Notes: generated from the letters alone by a model not told the origin. Counted from the first letter of the stretch, positions 51,569-63,866 are shown. The stretch is DNA of 64,000 bases from Geosiphon pyriformis uo1 (GCA_016748015.1 JAAOMT010000436.1:2275622-2339621), one strand, 5' to 3'. Program-made: numbers and translations.

Positions 51569-52986
51569 TGTTATGGTTGAGACCTATACTTCTTATTAAT
51601 TATCACATGTATTAGTCACTGATGTCATATGATTAGTTATACTATTTTTAGAAAGTGATCATTGACCTAATCAATGACCTGACTATTGACTTGACCATTG
51701 ACATGATTATTAATTTGATCATTGACCTGATCATTGTTCACTTTTGACAGCTATATAAGCAATGAATCTCTTAACTATAGAAAAGCATGTAATAACAAGC
51801 ATCTGAATAATCAAGAATAAATAAAATAACAACTTTCATCTCAATTCTTCTCTTATCGCTAATTTCTTTTTCCCTACCTTCAAGTATCTGAACATCTTAA
51901 AGATAAAAGATTACTTGTTGGTTTTTTTCTGATGTATATAATTGTAGCATTTGAAGATTATTTGAATAAACATGACTGAAAAGCACAAGTTGATATCTGA
52001 TATTGAATTTTAAGAGTGCTAATGTGAGACATAGAATTATACCAGTAGTAATTAATTGTTGACAGTACAGACTATTTTTTTACTTTCAGATTCCCCAATT
52101 ACCTTTGAAAAGAATAGTGACTGAGATATTTTATGAGACTGATCTCGCACATTGAATCCATACTCATTCAATTTGCTCTTTAAAGTTGAATTTCCCTTTT
52201 GATTATTTCTATTATCCTACAATCCTGTTCTCTCTTGCTATCTGTTAGCTTGTTACTCCAACCTGTAACATAAAAGTGGTGCTCCCTGTAAGGTTGTCAA
52301 AATTCACTTATTTCCTCATTGTATGGGTAATTATTCATACTTGCCATAGCAATCAGAAGAACACTTTGTAGCACACAACAGAAACAATCTAGAGTTTATT
52401 AAATTCAATCCTCTGCCCTCCTGCTTGATCTGTTTCCCTGTTCAAGAACAATCCAGTAGACAATTCCAAGACTTTTGGAACTGGTTCCTGAATGAGCATT
52501 CAGCTAAAACCTACACAGTTTATACCATTTATTACTTTGATCAAGCTTATTTTGAAGACAATTTTAAAGAAAAAAATACCAGCATTAATCAGCTCTTATA
52601 CTCCACAACCTTTGAACAACAGTCCCCTGATTTCGAATATCTGAATCACCAAATCCATATTTGGATTGCTGCTCACTAACTAGTTGAAAACTCCTTTGAA
52701 ACAGAAGAAAAAAGTTACCAAACTGCCCCTATTTTTGATATTTTCTCAAGTGAATTAGAGCACTCCACACAAACAGTAATTCCTGAACCAATGGCCCAAA
52801 ATCCAATGCAAGCAAACATTCTGGCTGCCCTCCAAGGTATACAAACTGCTTTGGGCAAAAAAACAACACTCCACTACCATTATTCAGAGGCGATGTACAA
52901 GATCCAATTGAATGGTTGGATGACTTTGAAAGAGCAGCCACTGCAAACCAGTATAATGATGAATACAAGTTTCAAATTGTTGGTGG

Positions 52987-55900
52987 TGTTACCAGAGGTT
53001 TTTGGTCTCTTTTTTTAAATGTTGTTGATGCTTGTTTGCTGTGAATTCATGTTTTCTGGATGTGGTTGAACCTCCAATAACTGAATTTATCTTCAAATTA
53101 TCTCCTATAATTTGAATTGCTGGGCTTATAAGTGGAATGGCCAATTCCGTGCCAGTTACTTTATGTAGTTACGTTGTAGTAAATGTCAACTCTTTTCCAG
53201 GAATTGCTCATTTGGAAGCTCACTAAAATGTATAGTTATTTTGCTATGAAAGTCAACTCTTCTACAGGAATTTCTTCTGTAGGCTACCCTAATGATTATA
53301 GTAAGAAAATAAAAAGAAAATAAAAAAAATATAAAAGAAATAGAATTCTGTCAAGAGAGACGTTTTCAATCCAGGCCTGGAGTCACTAACAGTTTATTGA
53401 AATTGGTAGCTAATTAATTTCAAAACGTTAGTTGGGTTTTGAAGATTTTCCAAGTGTAATAATTAAAGAATTTGGTTTTTCAATTTATTTGATATTTATT
53501 TCTTTTTGTGTGTATAGGAATGGTTCTAAGTGATAAATCTAAAGTAAGATACATTTTCTTGAAGAGAGAAGCTCTTCTTTTATACAACTTGTCATAACAC
53601 TATTCTATGAACTTGAACTTTGCTATTTTTTACAATTTCATTGAACTAAAGATATATTTTGGCAAACTACAAGTTATTTCTGCAAACTATTAGATATTTC
53701 GGTGAACTATCAATTATTTTGGTGAATTTCTACTAATTTCAGTGAACTTTTAAATGTTACATAGTTTGGGATATTGCATGATTGATCATCACAATTAGAT
53801 TACATTTGTGTTGTGTTCAATTTGGGTTATTAATTAAATGATAATTTTGGACATTTTTGCTAATGTAATAAGTGATAATTTGAAATGATAATATATACTA
53901 ATTAATGATAGGAATTATAAGATAATTTCATGCTAAATAATATCTCTAATTTCATTTGGTAACATAACCTTCTCCTCAAAACTGAGCTCCGTTGAAGTCC
54001 AAGTACTGTTTGTCATTTCCAGATAATAATTCAAAATTATTGAAAAAATTTCGTCTGAAAATTGTTGAAATTTCAGTTCTGTGTATTAAGAGCTATATTA
54101 ACTGGAACTGTGAATCATCCAGTTGAACCAAAACCTTGGGTTTTTCTATCGCTTTTTCCTAATTGTTCTCTTTGATTGACTAGTTGCAAACCCGAAATGT
54201 TGATTAAGAGTAGGTAAATAGTTTGGGCAATTTTTTCAGCATGTTCAATCTTGAATAGTTTGTTAGTTTCATTTTGAAACATCACTGTAATGTCTCCAGT
54301 ATATTTGGCATTGATTATTCCTCCTCTGACATTGATTTCTTTGCTTGCCAGAGAGGACCGGGAGGTGATTTGAACTATTGCTCCTGGTAGGATTTCGAGT
54401 GCAATTTTGAGGTTGATTTTTGTGAAAGATTTGGGTTTGAGAACAAAAGTATCCTTGCCTGGATATCTTAGGTCATATCCAGCATCAATTTTGTGTGCTT
54501 TTTTAGGTTTTATTCCTTGTCCGTTGTTGTTGAAGTATTTAAGTTGTAAGGCAGGCTGATTTTTGATAAGGTAGATAAGTGTTGTTTCAATTTCTTCCAT
54601 TGCTTCAGGTTCTCTAAATTCAATTTCATTCTCATCATTTTCGCTAGGCAAGGGGATACTAAAAGCGTAGCATTCAAGACACTACTGTTCATTGCAAGGC
54701 ATAATGCATTCTTTACATAGCCTAATGTTCATTTGCTCTAATCGTTGAATTTGAGCTTTTTGGGTTGGGTAGGTGTGACTTGCAATTTGGTGGTAGACTT
54801 CTACTTCATCTTCGTAATTGAATCCAGCTAATTCCATGGTGTATTCAATGTATTCTGCTTCCTTCATTTGACAAACATCTTTTTTGGTAGCTCCATTAAT
54901 TAATGCCATTGCTAGATTGAAAATTATCTCAGCATCATAGAAGTAGTAATAAAGTTTGTTGAGAGCACTGTTGTATGCTGCATTAAAGAGTGTTCCTCTT
55001 TTTACTTTTTCCGAAATTGATAAAGCATATTGACAGGTCTGATCACAGACTCTTCCTCTCATGGCTACATCAATCCAATTGCATTCTTCCAGTAGCATAT
55101 CTCCACAAGTCAAACAAGAGATGTTGTCCCATTTTCTGCTCCTTTTTATTAGATGGCCCCATCGTTCTCTGTGGCAAGTCTTGCAGTAATAACAAGTATG
55201 ATTTTCATATTCTTCTTCAGGTAAAATACAGACTCCTATTGATGATAGTTTCTTGTGGCAGTCCTTACATTTAAGGGGAATATAGGGGCATTGTTTCCTT
55301 GGTTTGGGTTTTGAGTAAGGGATATTCCATCCAGAGGTTTCGGGTTCAGAGTGTGGGGTAAAATGTTCTTGTTCTTTCATCGGCCCAGTTGAACATTGAT
55401 CCAAGAGCCATGAATGTTTCAATGAGGGGTTTTTCCTCTTCCAGTTCGAATTCAAAAGCTGGGGCTTTTTCAAAGCGTTTGTTGAATATACCACAAGTGG
55501 TAGGTATTCAGGTGTGTTGTCCTTGGTAGGAAATTGTTAACTCTTGTGTTTCCCAATTCAGATTAGCATTGGCTTTTTGAAGCCAATCATTTCTGATGAA
55601 AGCTTGGTACTGGGGTGCGTTCATTACAAGAACTTTGACTGGAATGGTAATTCCATCAAGAGTGAATGGAAAATTGTCAATTTCTCTTACTGGGGTCTTT
55701 TTCATGCCATCGGCAGTGACAATTACTGTTTGAGCTGGTCGGTCAACATTTCTCTTCAATTGTTGCATTAACTGGTAGGTGATAATGCTTCCGGCGGATT
55801 CACTGTCTAGGATCAAGTGAATTGTTTTTCCTTTGATTTCTGCTTCAGTGTACATAGCCGTGATTGCTTTTTGTTTATTGGCGGCTGCATTGTTAAACAG

Positions 55901-58900
55901 GAATGGTGACTCATTTGCTTCAAACTCAAAAGGGAATATATCTGAAAGGTTAGCATTTTCAGTGATTCTGGCTGGTGGGATTGTGATGAGAGTATAGGAA
56001 GGATTTTGTTGTTGTGCTGCAGCTCTACCTTCTGAGAGTACAGTATAGTGAAAATCCTGTTCTTCTGGCATTGTTAAATAACTGGATTGAGTGTGGTAGT
56101 GGTTGGGTCTTGGTTGAGTGGAATTTCGGAGAACCAATTGGTTGTTCGAACTGATTCTATTGTTGTTTACTTGGTATCGGTTTTGTGATGTGAATTGATT
56201 TTGTGTAATCAGTCTTTGAGTAGGTACTTGATAATATTGTGTGGGTGGTTGTTGGTATTGCTGTTGGATTGACTGTGAGGCGGGCTGATAATAGTTATTT
56301 TGGTATTGGAGTCTTGGTCAATAGTAAGCTGGTGATGGTAGTTGATAATAAGATTGCTGTGGTGGAGGGTAACGTTGATTACTTCTATTTTGTTGGTCTC
56401 ATTGTAGCTTTCTGCAATCTCTTTTCCAGTGGCCAGAGATTCCACAGTAATGGCAATTCTGCGGCTGGTTATTGGAAAGTGGTGCAAAGTTATTTTGATT
56501 TCATCTTTGGGGTGGTTAATATCTTTGGGGTTGCTGTTATTGTTGATTGGTGAAATAGTTTTTAATCTTCTTTGTGAGTTGGTCAATTTTTTTCTCAGCT
56601 GCTAAGCTGGTTTCTTCAATTGCCAAATTTACAAGTTTTGTGCAATTGGCCTTTTCCATGACCATTTTGTATCTTTTCGCATGCTGTATGGCAGAGTTTA
56701 AATCTTCTGGCACATGTGAGCGAACCTTTTTAATTAGTTTATCTTTTAGACCAGTAATAAATTGATCCAAGATTTGAGCATCAGAATAATAATCATTTGT
56801 TTCGAGTTGGTGAATTTGTCTAAGAAGTTTGTTGAATTTCCTAATATAAGTCATAACAGATTCGGAGGGTTCTTGTTTGATATTTTGAAAACGGTTGTGA
56901 AGAATGATGGAGATATTATTGTCAGTGAACTGTTCAAGGAAGGCTGCTTTGAAAGCGTTCCAATCATTGAATGGGGCGGCCAAGTTTTCAAACCATTCTC
57001 CTGCTGTTCCTTTAAAAAAGTAGGGAATTGTTCTTAACATTCTGGCAGTATTCCATCCATTTGCATCTCCAGCTTTAGTAACTTGGTCAAGCCATTCTTG
57101 GGGACTGGTCTCAATGTCTTCTCCATTAAATTCAGGGATTTTTGCAATGTATGTTGTCATTTCATCTTCTTCGTTCTCACTGTCTATTGATTCTTCCTCA
57201 GATATTTCAGGTTTGTTTTCTTCGTTCGCTGCTGTCTCAGAGTGTCCACTTTGATTTTCAGCTAGAAAGTCAAGGAGATTGGAACTAGTTTGAAGGGGTT
57301 CTTGTTGTCTAATGGGACTTCTGAGTGATGTAAAATCTTCTGGGCTTGCAAATCAATTCAAGGGTGAATTAGGTGTTTGTGCTTGTGCAAATAAAGCTGG
57401 AAAAGGTGTGATAGTAAGTGGAAGTTTTGAACTGGTTCCTTGTTCAGGTGTTTGTAAATGGTTGGCAGTTGTTTTTGGTAGTGTTGGAGTATTTGGGGTG
57501 GTTCTTGAGTATTGCTTCAATTTGTTTTTGCCTTTGTTGCTTGTTTCTGTTTCCGATTTAAAATCAATAGTGTATTGAGACTGCACTGGATATGTTTTTT
57601 TACAGTATCTGATAATGTTAAAATTAAGTTCATGGAAGTAAGTGGCAAGTGTTTTACTGTTAAGGTCTTCAGTTCCCAACTGTGAATAGTGTGCTAAATT
57701 ATTGTAAAGGTTGCTTCTAACTTCTGAGATATTGTAATTTCCAAAAAGATAATTGTTGATGCGATTTTCAATGTATTGGTATACTGATTTCTTAACAACT
57801 TCAATTCCGTCTGGAATGTTGAATCTTTGCTTGCAGTGAGTGTAAATTGACTGGTAATACTTTAGAGTTGTTGTGTCTGGTGTGGTTGCCACTTTGAAGT
57901 TGTTTTTGCTGTGTTGTTTTCGTGGGAGAGCACCAAATGTTACCGGAGGTTTTTGGTCTCTTTTCTTAAATGTTGTTGATGCTTGTTTGCTGTGAATTCA
58001 CGTTTTCTAGATGTGGTTGAACCTCTAATAACTGAATTTATCTTCAAATTATCTCCTATAATTTGAATTGCTGGGCTTATAAATGGAATGGCCAATTCCG
58101 TGCCAGTTACTTTATGTAGTTACATTGTAGTAAATGTCAACTCTTTCCCAGGAATTGCTCATCTGGAAGCTCACTAAAATGTATAGTTACTTTGCTGTAA
58201 AAGTCAACTCTTCTACAGGAATCTCGTCTGTAGGCTACCCTAATGATTATAGTAAGAAAATAAAAAGAAAATAAAAAAAATGTAAAAGAAATAGAATTCT
58301 GTCAAGGAAGACGTTTTCAATCCAGGCCTGAAGTCACTAACAGTTTATTGAAATTAGTAGCTAATTAATTTCAAAACGTTAGTTGGGTTTTGAAGATTTT
58401 CCAAGTGTAATAATTAAAGAATTTGGTTTTTCAATTTATTTGATATTTATTTTTTTTTGTGTGTATAGGAATGGTTCTAAGTGATAAATCTAAAGTAAGA
58501 TACATTTTCTTGAAAAGAGAAGCTCTTCTTTTATACAATTTGTCATAACACTATTCTATAAACTTAAACTTTGCTATTTTCTACAATTTTACTGAACTAA
58601 AGATACATTTCGGCAAATTACAAGTTATTTCTGCAAACTATTAGATATTTCAGTGAACTATCAATTATTTCGGTGAATTTCTACCAATTTTGGTGAACTT
58701 TTGAATGTTATATAGTTTGGGATATTGCATGATTGATCATCGCAATTAGGTTACATTTGTGTTGTGTTCAATTTGGATTATTAATTAAATGATAATTTCG
58801 GACATTTTTGTTAATGTAATAAGTGATAATTTGAAATGATAATATATACTAATTAATGATATGAATATAAAATAATTTCATGCTAAATAATATCTCTAAT

Positions 58901-58914
58901 TTCGTCTTGTAACA
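52987..58914 (-). mobile_element. Family-D element D1 (5.9 kb), lacks RT, RNase H and integrase; TSD GTGG
   Basis: 3' LTR 52987-53964, 5' LTR 57938-58914, PBS TGGTGCTCTCCC, PPT GAGGAGAAGG; GTGG at 52983-52986 and 58915-58918. Confidence 0.96.
54060..57892 (-). pseudogene. D1 polyprotein: Gag (CCHC knuckle), aspartic protease, Cys-rich region, dUTPase
   Basis: IAKIPEFNGED, CHYCGISGHWKRDC (56414-56455), LILDSESAG, multiple CxxC, DAGYDL..SRSSLA..GGIINAKYTG..QGFGSTG; one frame apart from transition stops and one small frameshift near 55375. Confidence 0.92.
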
Positions 58915-59794
58915 GTGGCTACCTCCAAGACTCTCCTGCTACCTGGTTCTTACAGGAAACTGATGCTAATGCTCATCAAAGAATCATTAAATGGATGTCA
59001 GCAAATGCCAGAGAAAACAACACCTCTTTCACAACCCGGTTTGAAAACAAGTTCAAAATCCCAATCTTGATATCCAAGTGGTACATGGAATTAGAATGAA
59101 GAACTCAAGGCCCTGGTGAAATTGTAACTGAATATGCTAAAGCAATCAGAAAGTTAATCAAGCATGTAGACTCTAAAAAAAATTGGACAGAAGAACAAAA
59201 GATTCATTCCTTTACAAAAGAATTGAGAACCAATTTATCTTATGCTCTTTGGCCTCTCTTGGCCCTGAAAAACAACCCTACAATAGACATGGCCATTGAA
59301 CTTGCCCAAAGAATTGAAGACAACCAAAGAATACATTTGGGATCTACACTTTTAGTTTTTGCTTCTGTTCCTGTCATGGCTCCTGCTTCTCAAATGGCTG
59401 CTGCTTCTTTTGCTGCCCAAACTCAAGATCCAAATAAACAATTAATTGATAGACTCACAGCCAATCTTGCCTGGTTATTAGAACTTTTGGCACAAGCAGT
59501 TAAAGATAACCAACAACCACAAAAACCCAGATATGAACCATGTTTTAATCAGCTCCAACAACCTCCTTATCAAAGACAGCAAAATCATGGTTCTCTTGTA
59601 TGTTATAGATGTAGATTATTTAGACATTTCTCAAAAGATTGCAACAATTCTCTTTTACCTCCTCCAGTCTTCAGAAATAATGACAATCAAAAAAATAGAC
59701 CCATCAACAATAATGCTTCCAATCAAAGACCCAACCATGCCAATATCAATTTCTTTGGAGAGGATCCTCTAGTTAAAGCCACTGTTTATCAGCT

Positions 59795-62700
59795 TTTAAA
59801 CTAGTAGGCACATCTCCAAAGGGTAAAAGTGCAAGCCAACCAAAAGAAAACCCCTTTTTTGCTTTTAACTTAACTGATAATGACCATGACATGGATGAAT
59901 TAACAATCAACACTTCTGAATCAACCAGAAAAAAGAAGAAAGCCAAGGTTGATTTCGTTTTAGATCCCAACAAAGCCTCAACTTCCACTGCTGATAACAA
60001 TGAGCCACCAAAAGCCAAAGTTTTTAAGAACCCTCCAAAGTTAGAACCCCCAGAAATTGTACAAAAATCTGAATCCTATTCTGTTGTCAAAGATCTCATG
60101 GAAACCCCAGCACACATTACTTTTGGCCAGTTAATGACCCATCTACAGTTCAGAAAAGATCTCCACAAATCTCTAATCCCCAAGAAGAAAACACCAAAAA
60201 CCAATAAACACTCTTGCCAAGCTGGATATGCTGACAACAGCAATGTCACTCCTCTAATTTGCAAAGCACAAGTGGCTGGTTATTCCATTGACTTGATTCT
60301 AGACAGTGGATTATCTGTTAGTGTAATTGCCAAACACTTGCTTAAAACAATTGGCAGAAAAATTGATGAGCCTTTCACCCAACCAATGACTAATGTACAT
60401 GGTGACAAGAAGAAAAGTCTGGGCATTGCCAAAGCTATTCCTGTTTGCATCAATAGCATCAGTATTAAAACTGACATGGAAGTTTCTGAAGCTAAAGAAT
60501 ACACCATTATTGTTGGCAATGAGTGGCTCAAGAAAGCAAAAGTCTTACTCAACTATGAACTTTGTAAGCTAACCATAAGATGTGGTGAAAAACCCATTGT
60601 GGTTAAATGTTGCCATTGGACAACTCCTCCAGCAACCAAACAAAATCAAAAAGATGAGCAATCAGAGGAATCAGATGATGAAGAAAGTAATGAAGAAAAT
60701 GAACAAGAAGAACAAGAAGAAACTGCTAAACTTGCCTACACCACCTTCACCAGCAATGACAAGTTACTAAACAATGTTAAAGCTAATAGAGAGGGAATTA
60801 TTGTAAATGGCAAGCTAATCTGCTGGTCCTACTATGATATTCTAAGAAAAACCTTTGACCAAAAACCTGGCAAGAAAGCCAAGTACTGTTATTGGTGGCA
60901 TAGTTCTTGTGTCCAGTGCTGGTGCAACCAACCCTTATATTCTCCAAATGATAAATACAAATCATGTCTGATCTATTACAAAGATTGGAAACCAATCAGT
61001 TTGATACTTAGAGAAGAATTGAAAGAAGTCCAAAAGTCCTTTGAAAATAAACCACCTGAGATCCAATCACTAGTTGTAGAACAAAGAGAACTCTCTCCAG
61101 AAGAAAGAAAAATAGACATTGAAAATCTGCTGGCTAAAAACAGCCCAGTTATCTCAAAAAAAGGTGATACTCCTAGATGAACTCATGTGATACAACACAT
61201 CATCATCACCAGAAAAACTTGCCCCATCCATCTAAAGCCATATTAATCCAATTGCCACAATGATGAGTTCATCAAGAAAGAAATAAAATGAATGAAAGAT
61301 CTTAGATTCATACAAAAAACCAAGAGTGAATGGGCTTTCCCAGTTGTAGTGGTATCTAAGAAAGGTGGAACTCTGTGCTTCTGTGTCAATTATTGCCAAT
61401 TAAATGCCATTACTGAAAGAAACATGTACCCACTTCCCAAAATTGATGCAATGCTAGATCAATTCAAGAGTGCTGCTTTCTTCTCAATCATTGATCTAAC
61501 TGCTGGATTTTGGCAAGTAGAGATGAATCCAGAAAGTCGGAAGAAAACTGCCTTTATAACCAAGTATGGCACCTATAAATTCACAGTCATGCCTTTTGGT
61601 CTCACCAATGCCCCTCCCACCTTTTAATGCTTAATGAATAAAGTATTCAAATCAGTGAAAGAAAACTTTGTTCTGGTCTATCTGGACAATATAATGGTGT
61701 ACTCAAAAACCTGAGATGAACATCTTGAACATTTGCAAAAGGTTTTTGATCCTCTCAGAAATGCAGGTCTCAAAATCAACCCAATTAAATCTTTCTTTAG
61801 AAGACAATCCACCCAATTTCTTGGCCATCTTATTACAAAAAATGGAATCTTTCCTGATCCAGCCAAAGTAAAAAAAGTTCAGAACATAAGACAACCAATA
61901 AATGTTTATGAGTTACGTTTTTTCTTTGGTTTGGTCTTTTATTATCACAAATTTGTTAAGGATTTCTCCAAAATTGCCTCTCCACTCAATCAGCTACTCA
62001 AGAAAAATGTCAACTACCATTGGAACACACATCAGTAGAAAGCATTTGAAACTCTTAAAGAAAAATTGGTTACAGAACCTATTCTCAAGCAATCTGATCT
62101 GGATCAACCTTTCATCCTTCACACTGATACATCTGGCTATGGACTTGGTGCTGTTTTCTCACAAAAAGATGAAAATGGCAGAGAATATGCAATAGCCTAT
62201 GCCAGTAGAACCTTTACACCAGCAGAAAGAACTATTCAGTTACTGAGCAGGAATACTTAGCAGTAGTTTGGGCTATCAGCTACTGGGATAAGTATCTCCT
62301 TGGTGTAAAGTTTTTGATAGTAACAGATCACCAAGCTTTGGTTTGGCTGTGCAACAAGAAAAGGCTAGAACATAAACAGATAGCCCACTGGATACTTCAC
62401 TTGGACGAATTCGACTATAACATTCAACATTGCAAAGGAGCACATCATCAAAATGCCAACACTCTCTCTAGACTTACCATCCAGTGACAGTACAACTACC
62501 TCAAACCAAACCAACCTAATTATTAGTAATTCTCTTACAACCAAACACGATAATGGGCTTGGACAACTATTATGCCTTAATAGAATTTTTGGGTAAAAGA
62601 CAATATTCACCAGAATACAATCGACAACAAAGAAAACATTTGCGCAAACAATCAAATTTTTATTTGATCTACCAGAACCAACTATACAAAAGAAACAGAA

Positions 62701-63866
62701 AAGATCCTGACTGCTCCCAGAGAGTCATAAGATTTGAAAAAAAAGAAATTGTGATCTATAACATGCACACTGATCTATTAGCTGAACACTTTGGAAAAAC
62801 AAAAGCAATTCAGAAAACTCTAGCTCACTATTATTGGTCTATCTTGGAAAAAAACATTGCTGAGTACATTAAAACCTGTAACACCTGCCAAAGAAGAGAA
62901 AAACCCAATAGAAAAGAAGATATCCATCCAATCTCTGTTGGCCAACCATTTGACAGGATTGATATAAATGTTGTTGGACCCTTAACAATAACCCTTGATG
63001 ACAACAGATACATTATTACAGCTACCGACTATCTTACAAAGTGGGTAGAAGCAAGAGCCACTTCAGACCAAACAGCAGTTTTAATAGCCAATTTTATTTA
63101 TGAAGATATTATCTGCCATCATGGCTGCCCCAAAGAACTTTTATCTAATAGAGGAAAAGTTTTTCTCAGTATACTGGTTGAAAAACTTTGTAGAAAAATG
63201 GAAATATGTCACAAACTTTCCTCCCCTTATCACTCTTAAACAAATGGCCTAGTAGAACATTTCAATAGAACACTGTGTGAAACCCTAGCCAAAACAAGTG
63301 AAAAAACAAACTTATAGGACAAAGTACTGCCTTCAGCTTTGTTTGCTTATAGAACTGTGAATTATGACATAACAAGTTATGAACCTTTTTATTTGCTCTA
63401 TGAATGAATGGCAACACTACCAATAGAAACTGATATTAAAACAATACCTTTTGAAGAGATCACAATAAGAAATTACAAAAACATTTTGCAAAGGAGACTT
63501 GGTACCATTCTTGACTCACTTGTAGAAGCACGAATAATTGCTTTTGAAAAGATAAAACAGTTCCAAGAAAAGCTTAAAAAGAAAAAAACTTATAAAACAC
63601 TTTCTTTAAGTATTGGTGACTTGATATTAGAATACCATTCAGACAAAGACAATGTCTATGGTAATAAATTCTCTAGCTGGTGAAAAAGACCCTTTATAGT
63701 CAACAAAGTTTTGAACAATGATTCTTATATTCTTCAAGATCAATCTGAAACAATCTTTAATAATTGACCTGTTTACAGCATGTGACTTAAGAAATATCAC
63801 AAATGACCTGATTGGTTGCCTGTTGTGGTAATACCGACTCAAATGATTAACAAAAATCAAGTATAA
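59795..63866 (+). pseudogene. pol of A4 (protease, RT, RNase H, integrase)
   Basis: LILDSG, MPFGLTNAP, HTDTSG, H-H-C-C integrase; the stop codon lies within the TATAAATA at 63862-63869. Confidence 0.93.

Noticed and set aside
52277-52293. tRNA gene
   Set aside because: Only a 17-nt complement of a tRNA 3' end (PBS); no cloverleaf.
54115-54651. Stand-alone host dUTPase gene (DUT1)
   Set aside because: It is in frame with the D1 polyprotein, lies between paired LTRs, has no introns and occupies the same position in B and C pol.
63560-63866. Chromodomain at the integrase C-terminus
   Set aside because: Integrases end shortly after the GPF/SH3-like module; no chromodomain-length extension or aromatic-cage motif.
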